Positions 8,166-16,550 of a DNA stretch of 20,000 nt are shown here, in pieces. Source of the DNA: an uncultured virus (IMG/VR IMGVR_UViG_3300028608_000013) (Duplodnaviria; Heunggongvirae; Uroviricota; Caudoviricetes); IMG/VR virus record IMGVR_UViG_3300028608_000013; one strand, 5' to 3'. Below the pieces are notes generated by a model that was not told the origin of the DNA, did not search any database, and saw nothing but the letters and a program-made list of their open reading frames with translations. The translations under genes were made by a program, and so were the position numbers. Position 1 is the stretch's first letter, and the number at the start of each line of letters is the position of its first letter.

Positions 8166-11100
8166 ATGGATTTCGCAACGCGCGCCGCGACTAGAGGTAA
8201 CAAGTCGGTCGACTACACCAGGATTCGTGAGAATATCAAGAATGTGTCGCCCGCTGTACAAGCTACCCTGCGCAACGCAACGCCCAAGAATGGGGTCGCT
8301 CCTGATCGGGATGAAGTTGGTGGCACTAAGACCATCAACGAATACAAGCTTACAAGACTGAGCAACATTATCAGTAACAACATCAACTCGGCATATGACC
8401 TGCGGGCCATCACGCCGATGATTGATAAGGCCAACTTGATCTGGAACACGATCATCCTCTACCCTAACGGGAAGCAGGACAAGATGTTGACCTACGACAC
8501 CCAGAGCAGCAAAATTAAAAATGCGGCCATGCACACCAGCCTACTGGCCATCTGGGACGATTATTACACCAATGACTATAAGATCGAGTCGCTTCTTAAG
8601 AAGATGCTCGACGATATCATGTGGAATACCGGGTCCTACGCGATCTTTAACCTGAGCCGTCCAGGCCTGGATTACTTGATCAACGGCTCCGAACTTGACC
8701 CATCCAAACGTGCTGGTAACGAAGAATTCCTCAAGGCTAAAACAGCCTTCGATGCTGAGTTCATCGCTACCCCTGATGGCAAGACCAAGGTCCGTAACAA
8801 GGGTCGTTTTGTTCGCAACCCTTATGCCACTGTTAAGGCTGCGTCGGTTGGCGGTATGGAAGCACTCTTCACCAGTGGTGCTGATACCCTCGAAGAAGAG
8901 TTCCCTATCTTCGACCCGAAGGAAGATGCCGAGAACAGCTGGGGCATTACCATTACCGATAACCCGGCCGTGCTCTACCTCCAGAAGTTCCAGGAGTCCA
9001 AGCGCGATCGTGACATCAAGTCGGTGATGGGTGCTGAGTCTTTCGACAACATCATCTCCTCTGCCATGAAGTCTCAGTCTGACCGTGACGCTGAGCTGGC
9101 TAAGGCTCAGGAAGAGGCGGACAAGGAAGATAAGAAGAGCGGTAAGGGCAAGAAGGAACCTAAGGAGCCTAAAACTTCTAAGGACAAGGCTGAGCACGCT
9201 ACCACTCAGAACCTGACTGAAGACCAGTTGAACCACCTGAACGCTACTGTGTTCAAGTCGCGCAACATCCGCTCTCAGTCGCTGCAATTCATCAAGTCGA
9301 ATGACTCGTTGAGTGTGGCTCCTTATGGCCGTGGCCTGAGCTGGCACATCCCTTCTGAAGCGATCTTCCCGATCCACTTCAACGGCAGTAATGGCAAGAT
9401 CGATGACTACATTATCCTGCTCGATCCAGAGACCGGTGAGTTCCTCAAGAACACTGATGACCCAGAGTTCTACCAGTCGCTGGCGAAGAACAAGGATGCA
9501 ATCGGCAACAAGAACAAGATGGGTAGCGATAACTCGCTGATCTCCAGCTTGCGAGCCGTGCAGTCCGGTAGTCCTTGTGACTTCGATATGTCGGAGTTTG
9601 CGGACATGGCGCAGAAGAGCATTGTTCGTCAATTCATCTCTGCTGTTTATAGCGATAAGGGTAAGAACATCAGCATTACCCTGGATGAGGAGGTCAACAA
9701 GATCTTCCTGTCTCGTATCTTCAAGAAGCAGGGCGTGCGTTGCTTGTACGTACCGGGTGAGGCTGTCTCTTACGGTGCTATCAAGTACAACCGTCTTGGC
9801 GTGGGTCAATCCCTGACTCAAGCTGCAAAGATGCACATCGCTCGTTTGGCGGCTTATGACGTCGCAGATGCCTTGGCTAACCTGGAAGCCGCTCAGCCTC
9901 ATACCGAGATGGTTATTAACATCGAGAAGGAGGACTCGGACCCAGAACAAACCATTGCGATTGCGCGGGCCACCTTCTTTGACACTAACCCTAAGCTGCA
10001 CTCTATCCTGTCGACGGCTCAGCTGTCGGTTCCCCAGGTAGTGGATGCGCTGCGGGAAGCGTCTCTGTCGGTTAAGGTTAACGCGGGTGACAACGTTCAC
10101 TTGCCGACACCGGATATCACCACCCAGGGTAAACAGAAGGATAACTTCCACGCTGTGGACCAGGACAGCCGTGACGCAGTAATGAACTCTATCTCCAACT
10201 ACTTCAACCTGCCTCGTGCATGGCTGGACGTGGCTGACGATCAGAACAACTTCAAGATTGAAGCGGTTACTGAATATGAGATGGTATTCAACCAGGCGAT
10301 CAACTGGCAGGAAATGATCTGTGACTTCTTGATTGACTTCCAGCGTAAGCACGCTCGTGTCAACGGTCCTCTGATGCAAGACCTTGTTCAGTGCATTCTG
10401 GACAACAAGAAACTCTGGGCACCTGACAGTAAAGAAGCTCTGGAAGGTAGTGACGAGGATAAGGTCAAGGTTATCTTGGCGGACTTCTTTACCTCGGTTT
10501 ATTGCTACCTACCAGTGCCTACCAGCACGGAGTCGACTAACAAGCTGAAGGATAGCTTGGAGGCCGTAACAGCGCTGGTAGCGGCTTGGGAAGAGGCTGC
10601 GGGCAACAACGGTGTTCTGCCTCAGATCCTGAAGGCACTGGGGATCGAATCGGAAGACTTCAGTGAGACAGAGATCAAATCCATGGTCAAGTCGGCTCTG
10701 ACGTCTGAAGCGTTCCGTCGGTTTAACTTGCCGATGCCGTTTGATGACATTGTTAACGAAGGTAAAGGTGGTGGTATTGCGTCTCTGGTACAGCAGATGC
10801 TGCATCAGCGTATCAACACTGCAAACTTCGTGGCAGACCTCATTGACGGGGTTACCGATTCCAACAAGAAACTACAGAAACAGTACTCTGATAAGTTGGC
10901 GAAGAAACTTGCGCCTCCTGAACCAGAAGTTCCTGAAGGTGAGGAAGGTGGTGGTGATGGGTTTAGTGCTGATGATAGCCCGGTTCCTGGACCTGATGAT
11001 GCTCCTGTGGACGGCGATTCGAGCGCCGTTGATACGGACACTGATGCTCCTATCGATGGTGATGCTCCTCCTATGCCTGATGATGATGGGACTGGTGAGC

Positions 11101-11228
11101 CGGCTCCTGATGCGGACACGCCGCCTGCTGAAACGGATGAGCCGTCGGAAGACGACGCTCCACCAGCAGACGACAAAGCGCCAGGCGGGAAGAAGTTTGA
11201 CCCGTTCAGCGGTAAAGAGCCAGAGTAA
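8166..11228 (+). CDS. Portal protein (phiKZ gp129-like)
   Basis: 1020 aa from ATG 8166 (GAGG SD). Motifs GSYAIF, ITITDNP, IPSEAIFPIH..G, YIILLD..GEF and LYVPGE...YNRLGVGQSL match recalled jumbo-phage portal features; the synteny agrees. Confidence 0.75.
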   Translation: MDFATRAATRGNKSVDYTRIRENIKNVSPAVQATLRNATPKNGVAPDRDEVGGTKTINEYKLTRLSNIISNNINSAYDLRAITPMIDKANLIWNTIILYPNGKQDKMLTYDTQSSKIKNAAMHTSLLAIWDDYYTNDYKIESLLKKMLDDIMWNTGSYAIFNLSRPGLDYLINGSELDPSKRAGNEEFLKAKTAFDAEFIATPDGKTKVRNKGRFVRNPYATVKAASVGGMEALFTSGADTLEEEFPIFDPKEDAENSWGITITDNPAVLYLQKFQESKRDRDIKSVMGAESFDNIISSAMKSQSDRDAELAKAQEEADKEDKKSGKGKKEPKEPKTSKDKAEHATTQNLTEDQLNHLNATVFKSRNIRSQSLQFIKSNDSLSVAPYGRGLSWHIPSEAIFPIHFNGSNGKIDDYIILLDPETGEFLKNTDDPEFYQSLAKNKDAIGNKNKMGSDNSLISSLRAVQSGSPCDFDMSEFADMAQKSIVRQFISAVYSDKGKNISITLDEEVNKIFLSRIFKKQGVRCLYVPGEAVSYGAIKYNRLGVGQSLTQAAKMHIARLAAYDVADALANLEAAQPHTEMVINIEKEDSDPEQTIAIARATFFDTNPKLHSILSTAQLSVPQVVDALREASLSVKVNAGDNVHLPTPDITTQGKQKDNFHAVDQDSRDAVMNSISNYFNLPRAWLDVADDQNNFKIEAVTEYEMVFNQAINWQEMICDFLIDFQRKHARVNGPLMQDLVQCILDNKKLWAPDSKEALEGSDEDKVKVILADFFTSVYCYLPVPTSTESTNKLKDSLEAVTALVAAWEEAAGNNGVLPQILKALGIESEDFSETEIKSMVKSALTSEAFRRFNLPMPFDDIVNEGKGGGIASLVQQMLHQRINTANFVADLIDGVTDSNKKLQKQYSDKLAKKLAPPEPEVPEGEEGGGDGFSADDSPVPGPDDAPVDGDSSAVDTDTDAPIDGDAPPMPDDDGTGEPAPDADTPPAETDEPSEDDAPPADDKAPGGKKFDPFSGKEPE

Positions 11229-11252
11229 GTAGCAAAAAAGAAACAGCTATAA

Positions 11253-11288
11253 CTAACCCTCCACTCCCGCAAAGGAGTGGAGGGTTAG
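11253..11288. terminator. Stem-loop between convergent genes (bidirectional terminator)
   Basis: CTAACCCTCCACTCC-CGCAAA-GGAGTGGAGGGTTAG, a 15-bp perfect stem. Confidence 0.85.
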
Positions 11289-11300
11289 CCTTATGGTTGC

Positions 11301-11945
11301 TTATTGTGCAGCAGGTTCGTCTTCAGCAGCAGGAGTTTCTGCTACTTTCTCGACTGGTGCTTGGCTTGCAGCAACCGAAGCACGCACACGGTCAGTCATT
11401 TCGACCAGAGCCATCAGGACTTCTTCGCCGTGTTCAGCGCTCAGGGTAGCTTCGAGGGATTCGAGGCTGTTGATGCTGTTGTAGCGCGCAACCAGATCTT
11501 CGTCGGTTGGGCCTTTTGCCGCCACTTCAACGATACGCTCTGGGCCAGGTACTTCAACCTCAACGGTCGCGCCGGTGAGGGTAGTGCGGGTCTTCAGCTC
11601 GTCCAGTGCGGCGGTGAACTCGTCAGCACCGGCAACATCAGTGGCCTGACCGGTCAGCAGAGTGGCGTAGGCGCTGATGAGCTGGTCCAGGCTGGTGATC
11701 GCGGAGACTTGGGCCAGGGCTTCTTCCAGGGTAACCAGAACTCGCTCAGGAGCGGCTGGTGCGGTGCGTTCAGCAGCAACAGCGATCAGACGTTCGCGAA
11801 CGAGGTCGGTGAGTTGCTTGCCGAATGGTAGGCGGATGTTTTCGAAGCGCTTCTGGCGCTGGCCTTCCTGAACCAGACGGTGGCTCGCCAGGTGCTCGGC
11901 TACGTCGCCATTGGTAAGGTGCTCGTAATCTTTGCTGATGCTCAT
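11301..11945 (-). CDS. Hypothetical acidic, Ala-rich helical protein (214 aa), probably late and abundant
   Basis: Strong codon bias, purine-rich SD and an upstream AATCTATG motif. Confidence 0.8.
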   Translation of the reverse strand: MSISKDYEHLTNGDVAEHLASHRLVQEGQRQKRFENIRLPFGKQLTDLVRERLIAVAAERTAPAAPERVLVTLEEALAQVSAITSLDQLISAYATLLTGQATDVAGADEFTAALDELKTRTTLTGATVEVEVPGPERIVEVAAKGPTDEDLVARYNSINSLESLEATLSAEHGEEVLMALVEMTDRVRASVAASQAPVEKVAETPAAEDEPAAQ

Positions 11946-12001
11946 TGGTACGCTCTCTTTGGTTGCTGGAATAGTTGCTTAAAGAACAAAACGTTCTCTC
12001 C

Positions 12002-12009
12002 CATAGATT
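12002..12009 (-). promoter_or_regulatory. Putative late promoter (AATCTATG)
   Basis: TATG core at 12005-12002, between a terminator and the 214-aa gene; context is like ATTCTATG at 587-580. Confidence 0.45.
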
Positions 12010-12019
12010 CTTTTAAACG

Positions 12020-12059
12020 AAAAAATAAAGGGGAGTTGCTACCCCGCCTAGGCGGGGTA
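12020..12059 (-). terminator. Intrinsic terminator of the accessory unit
   Basis: 20-bp perfect palindrome TACCCCGCCTAGGCGGGGTA (12040-12059), followed on the minus strand by TTTATTTTTT. Confidence 0.7.
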
Positions 12060-12063
12060 TGTA

Positions 12064-12621
12064 TTACTCGTTTTCGAGGATCTCTTGCTGATCAGTTTTC
12101 TTCGCTACAAAGAAGAATACTGGATACCGGAATCGACTTACTGGGGCGCTATTGTTGATTCCCTTCAGTACCTTGTTGCCCTCTTCTGGGAATACAACCA
12201 TGTGATTGTTAAACGTTGCGTCCTTGCTGTCCATTGCCGCACACTGCACACCCATGACTTCTTCGAACATCTGTTGTGCGGTTAGCAGAGGTGGCCACCA
12301 CTTTGGATAACAACCTTGACAGTACATCTTGGCCATCAGGTCGTGTACGTTCTTAACCAGCTCGTCTAGTTTGCTTTTGGCGTAACAGCCGTCAAGCGGA
12401 TGGGTGAACGGTGTGCGTGGCAGCCCATCCGGGTAAAGCTTTAGCGTAGGACGAGTGCTTCCCTTCAAACGTTTCTGGATCTCCTCAACAAGCTCCGTAC
12501 CACGCGGAGTTTCAACACCGTTGAAGATTGCCGGGGTAATGTCACTACGGGAAGTTGTGTAAGCACCGAGGAGGTCTGCAAGATCCCGGTCTGGCAGGTT
12601 CTTAAAATCGTTGTCTTTCAT
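12064..12621 (-). CDS. Hypothetical protein (185 aa)
   Basis: Start reassigned to ATG 12621 (MKDNDF..., AAGAG upstream), which avoids overlap with the upstream gene. Confidence 0.75.
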   Translation of the reverse strand: MKDNDFKNLPDRDLADLLGAYTTSRSDITPAIFNGVETPRGTELVEEIQKRLKGSTRPTLKLYPDGLPRTPFTHPLDGCYAKSKLDELVKNVHDLMAKMYCQGCYPKWWPPLLTAQQMFEEVMGVQCAAMDSKDATFNNHMVVFPEEGNKVLKGINNSAPVSRFRYPVFFFVAKKTDQQEILENE

Positions 12622-12631
12622 GGGATGCTCT

Positions 12632-12979
12632 TTAATGAATAGTTGGCACGGTGGAGAAAATATAAACAGGATCAGCGTAATGGTTTTCCTTCGGTTTAAG
12701 CAGGATAATCCAATCCCTGAAGGGCTGATGCCTGAAGAAGCTAGCGAACGTCCTAGGAAGACTCTCATGAGTTCCCACGTAAAGGAACGCGTAGTAGTTG
12801 TCGAGAGTATTTGCAAATTGGTCGCTGCTTACTACAATGCGTATCTCAGTGATAATATCCTTGGTGGATCGGATATCTTCCGGCCAACCAGCTTCTACTA
12901 TCATGGTCTGAAAGTAATCAAGGATCTGATCGATAACAGATACACCTGCTACAATCTGCGAACGTAGTTTAAGAAGCAT
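12632..12979 (-). CDS. Hypothetical protein (115 aa)
   Basis: AGAGGA SD 7 nt before the ATG; co-directional with its neighbours. Confidence 0.7.
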   Translation of the reverse strand: MLLKLRSQIVAGVSVIDQILDYFQTMIVEAGWPEDIRSTKDIITEIRIVVSSDQFANTLDNYYAFLYVGTHESLPRTFASFFRHQPFRDWIILLKPKENHYADPVYIFSTVPTIH

Positions 12980-12997
12980 GGTTGGTTCCTCTAAGAG

Positions 12998-13031
12998 AAA
13001 AAATAAAGGAGAGCGCGACTCTCCTTTATTT
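12998..13031 (-). terminator. Intrinsic terminator
   Basis: AAATAAAGGAGAG-CGCGA-CTCTCCTTTATTT with T-tracts on both strands. Confidence 0.75.
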
Positions 13032-13040
13032 GCAGCCGTA

Positions 13041-13373
13041 TTACTTAGGCTCGTTCACGAAGCAATCAACGATCGAGCAAACAGTGCTCGATACAGCCAC
13101 GCCGAACAGACCGGACATGGTGCCGCTGATGATCTTGCCAGTGGTGTTGATTTCCGCGGTACCCCACAGAGTGCCGACTGCGTAGCCAGCAACTGCACCA
13201 CCGAGACCACCAACGATACCGCTAGCCAGAGAACTGCCTTGCGATACGCTTGCTGCTGCGCCGATCAGTGCGCCGGCAACACCAGCAATTTGACCTACGC
13301 TTACGCCATCGTCACGATCGCCACGGAAAGCTTTAGCTGCGGCGGCACGTTCTGCTTGGTTGAAAGAAGTCAT
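13041..13373 (-). CDS. Small glycine-zipper membrane protein (110 aa)
   Basis: ATG 13373 with GGGAG SD. Repeated G-x-x-x-G/A segments: GQIAGVAGALIGAA, GIVGGLGGAVAGYAVG, GKIISGTMSGLFG. Confidence 0.75.
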   Translation of the reverse strand: MTSFNQAERAAAAKAFRGDRDDGVSVGQIAGVAGALIGAAASVSQGSSLASGIVGGLGGAVAGYAVGTLWGTAEINTTGKIISGTMSGLFGVAVSSTVCSIVDCFVNEPK

Positions 13374-13427
13374 GTTTGTTACTCCCAATGGGTTAAGTAT
13401 GAAAGACTTAATTGTCTTAATCACCCA

Positions 13428-13461
13428 AGTAATATAGACGTGAGATTGTCTGTATCTTAAA
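13428..13461 (-). promoter_or_regulatory. Early-type (virion RNAP) promoter TTTAAG-N17-TCTATATTACT
   Basis: Contains the phiKZ early core TATTAC; both boxes and the spacing recur exactly at 14091-14124. Confidence 0.75.
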
Positions 13462-13465
13462 TTTA

Positions 13466-14062
13466 TTACAGACGTTCTACTTCTTCCCGCATAGCAGTTA
13501 ATTGATCTCCGAATGTTTTAACGTATAGTTCTGGGTAACGGGCGTAACCGTTATGACCAAACTTCTCTTTGATATGACCGATCACCCCAGCCATGCGCTC
13601 ATCCTCCGACATATGCGGTCGGTTGGCCAGCCAATACTTACGGGAACGTTCCACCATGCCCGGCACATCATTCGGGAAGCCACGGTCAGCAGAGTTAATC
13701 AATGCTGTAAAGGTGGAGTGAAAATCACCCTTATACGACGCGCGATGTTGCAGACACGCCATGGCCACCGCCTTACGAGCAACCGGGTTGAGGTGTTGGA
13801 CAATCAATGGATGGTCAGTACCCATCATCCACAGATGGCTCATCTCATGATGGTTTATCCGGCTCCAGGCAAACAGGTCATGGAAGTAGGCTGCAAACAG
13901 CATGTGCACTAATTCGAAGCCAAGGTTCTGATCATCGTTAATATGCACAGCGGTTAAGAATACGGTATCAAAGTGATCCTGCTGATGGGCCGGATCATTC
14001 AGTTCATACGCCTGACCAAACTGCTTGATGATTTCGAGACGAACTTCTTGAATGTGGGACAT
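13466..14062 (-). CDS. HD-domain metal-dependent phosphohydrolase
   Basis: H...HD...D pattern: AHQQDH, AAYFHDL, NHHEMS, CLQHRAS, INSADRG. Confidence 0.85.
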   Translation of the reverse strand: MSHIQEVRLEIIKQFGQAYELNDPAHQQDHFDTVFLTAVHINDDQNLGFELVHMLFAAYFHDLFAWSRINHHEMSHLWMMGTDHPLIVQHLNPVARKAVAMACLQHRASYKGDFHSTFTALINSADRGFPNDVPGMVERSRKYWLANRPHMSEDERMAGVIGHIKEKFGHNGYARYPELYVKTFGDQLTAMREEVERL

Positions 14063-14090
14063 TTTAGAATACCTGTTGTGGGTTCATGTG

Positions 14091-14124
14091 AGTAATATAG
14101 ATTTAATAAAAAGTTTGGCTTAAA
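14091..14124 (-). promoter_or_regulatory. Early-type promoter TTTAAG-N17-TCTATATTACT
   Basis: Second exact copy of both boxes, upstream of the HD gene. Confidence 0.75.
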
Positions 14125-14144
14125 AAACAAAATGCAGCATAGGT

Positions 14145-14176
14145 GTAACCTAACGGGCGTCACCCCGTTAGGTTAC
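14145..14176 (-). terminator. Stem-loop ending the RNAP-subunit operon
   Basis: GTAACCTAACGGG-CGTCAC-CCCGTTAGGTTAC, a 13-bp perfect stem. Confidence 0.8.
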
Positions 14177-14201
14177 TTACCTTAAATACCCATACAGATA
14201 T

Positions 14202-16526
14202 TTAGCAGAGTCCCAGCAAGCACAGTGGCTTATCATGAGACACGAAACGCAGTGTAGCAACGTTGCGATCGACGATGGAGTAGCTGAACAACCACATGCC
14301 ACCGCTTTCAGTGAAACGCAGCAGTTTGTCGGTTACCGTTACATCGTCGTCAGCACCCATGGTTTCATCGAAGCCGTCTTCAACCATCTTGAAGTATTCC
14401 GGCCACTTGCTGCGCTTGATACGCACTGGCGTGTTAGCTTCGATGTACGATGGACCGGTACGCTTGTTGATCACATTGATGTACATGCGACGGCCAACGA
14501 CCAGATCCAACTCGTCCTTCACCAAATCGATGGCCGAACGTTCTTGCCCTGCAACAACCGTGTGCGGGTTGATGTAGTCGAACATACGAACCGATTCGTT
14601 GAGGTAGTTGGCCTTTTCCATTTCTACCAGGTGGAGCATTGTTTCTGGATCACGCGCTTTGAGCCAGTCGATCAGCGCACGGTAATCAGTCAGGATGTTG
14701 TTAACCGACAGATGACCTTGGCCGTTCTTGTTCGGGTTGTAGCCCGCACAGTTAATCAGCCAATTGTTGATCACCTGAGTCAGATGACCGCCGATGAACT
14801 TGATCAGTTCAGGATCTACCTTTTCCTGGATCTCGTAACGCGCTACAGCAGCTACAGCATTGACAAAGCTTGCACGACCATCGTTGTCCTTAAACAGGAA
14901 AGCCAGATCTTCATGCAGCAGGTCTTTCTCTTCTTTCGACTTGCAGGTGTAGGTATCCCAGTTGATCGCGTTGAAACCTACAGCGTTGATTTTGGTGAAC
15001 TGGGAAGTCAGACGGGAGCTAACCGAGTCGACTGTGGACAGCAGTTGTGCGCTGGAGTTGCTAACAACTTCGTCGTTAACAGCAATAACGGGTACAGCTT
15101 GTTCCAGCTTCTCAACCGTTTCGATTGGGATGTCCATGGTTTTCTCAACCACGACGTCTGCCAACGGAATCGGTTTAACCACCCAGGAGTCATCCAACTC
15201 ATCTGGGTTTTCCAGCAGCGGCAACAGCTTAGCCGGGTCCGTGAGGACACTTTGCATATCGAGGCCCTCTTTACGGACGATTGTACTGAACCAGCCGTCA
15301 TCGGTGTCGAGGTTAATGATGACAATACGGAAGCAGTCCTGGAGAACTGTTTCTTCTGCCTTCTGCTCTTCGTGACGACGGAATGCGTGTTGAATCTTTT
15401 TCCAGTCACTCTCCGGAATGAAGTAGTGATTGGGTTTGCCGATGTTGTAGAAGAACCGATTGAGTCGGAACTCCCCGCGGTTACCGGGGTTCAGGTTGTT
15501 GAAGTCTTTACGCACTTCATCCCAACTTTGCATAACCTCACCTCCAATCATCATGGATCTATCTTGAGGGGGACGCTGGAACTGGCCCCGGTTGTTAGCG
15601 TTCTGGTTTACCATGTTGTAAATATCACGCATGGCTTCATCCTGATACGCTGCCGATGCCGCAACAGGTTGTGGCTCAAACGAACGTTGCACGTAATCGG
15701 AAGCCGGACCGTAAAGCATGTTGTAATCGGTTCGGGTCGATTCAGGACGTTTGAACTCCAAGTTGTTGTACGGTGAAGTCTGTCCGAAGACGTCGTATAC
15801 CGCAGCAGCAGCTTCCTTAAAGTTTTCCAGGTTACTGATGCGCGCCTGGATAGCTTTAGTCAACCGGTTGGTGTAACGGCGTCCGTTGGGGGACTTCATC
15901 AACCAGTTAATCATTTCGAAGAACAGCACGTTACGGCAAGCAATAAACGCCGTGTTCAGATACTCTGCTTGCTGCAGCTGATCACGGTTGCCGTTGCGCA
16001 GCAGTTCGATCAGGCCCTTACCAAAGAACGGCATGGAGTTGATCGCAACGATGCGGGTGAACTCGTGCTGCTTGCAAACGTCTTCGATGTATGCGTTGCG
16101 GATCTCATCGACCTGCTGCATCTCGTTCATGCGAAAATCGTCACGCGCTTTACGGTACTCTTCAAAGAAGGGACCTGCGCGATGGTAGATCTGCTGCAAG
16201 AACATTTGCATTGCCCCAGCTACCCGGTCAATCAAGTAGGCGTTGCTGGTTGGATCGTTTTCTTGGCTGGTACGCAGCGAGCGGAGTGCTTCATCTTCGT
16301 AAAGACTACCACCCGCTGCACCCCAGTTGAAGCCACCACCGCTTGCAGTATTGGAGGTGTTCAGGTTTTGCGACATGATGTTGCGGATTACATCACCAGG
16401 CGACATCTGAGCATTAGCTGTGCCCATTTGTTGCTGGTTCATGTTGTAGCCTGTACGAGGCATCCCACCAATGGGATTGTTCCCGTCTGGGATCTGTACG
16501 GCAGCTGGGTTTGTTGGTTTAATCAT
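14202..16526 (-). CDS. Large hypothetical protein (774 aa), co-transcribed with the nvRNAP subunit
   Basis: AGGAG SD; long codon-biased ORF; no motif recognised. Confidence 0.85.
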   Translation of the reverse strand: MIKPTNPAAVQIPDGNNPIGGMPRTGYNMNQQQMGTANAQMSPGDVIRNIMSQNLNTSNTASGGGFNWGAAGGSLYEDEALRSLRTSQENDPTSNAYLIDRVAGAMQMFLQQIYHRAGPFFEEYRKARDDFRMNEMQQVDEIRNAYIEDVCKQHEFTRIVAINSMPFFGKGLIELLRNGNRDQLQQAEYLNTAFIACRNVLFFEMINWLMKSPNGRRYTNRLTKAIQARISNLENFKEAAAAVYDVFGQTSPYNNLEFKRPESTRTDYNMLYGPASDYVQRSFEPQPVAASAAYQDEAMRDIYNMVNQNANNRGQFQRPPQDRSMMIGGEVMQSWDEVRKDFNNLNPGNRGEFRLNRFFYNIGKPNHYFIPESDWKKIQHAFRRHEEQKAEETVLQDCFRIVIINLDTDDGWFSTIVRKEGLDMQSVLTDPAKLLPLLENPDELDDSWVVKPIPLADVVVEKTMDIPIETVEKLEQAVPVIAVNDEVVSNSSAQLLSTVDSVSSRLTSQFTKINAVGFNAINWDTYTCKSKEEKDLLHEDLAFLFKDNDGRASFVNAVAAVARYEIQEKVDPELIKFIGGHLTQVINNWLINCAGYNPNKNGQGHLSVNNILTDYRALIDWLKARDPETMLHLVEMEKANYLNESVRMFDYINPHTVVAGQERSAIDLVKDELDLVVGRRMYINVINKRTGPSYIEANTPVRIKRSKWPEYFKMVEDGFDETMGADDDVTVTDKLLRFTESGGMWLFSYSIVDRNVATLRFVSHDKPLCLLGLC

Positions 16527-16550
16527 TACACACTCCTAACACCCCCTGGA

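Noticed and set aside
8541..10379. 612-aa - strand ORF
   Set aside because: Antisense shadow of the portal gene, expected from its codon bias.
12622..12816. N-terminal 65-aa extension of the 12064 ORF
   Set aside because: Out-of-frame overlap with the 12632..12979 gene; ATG 12621 is the better start.
12611..12967. + strand 118-aa ORF containing VAAYYN, which resembles the YYG tag
   Set aside because: Antisense to a minus-strand gene with a good SD, and lacks G-x-L-x-PE; probably chance.
14235..15776. 513-aa + strand ORF
   Set aside because: Antisense shadow of the 774-aa gene.
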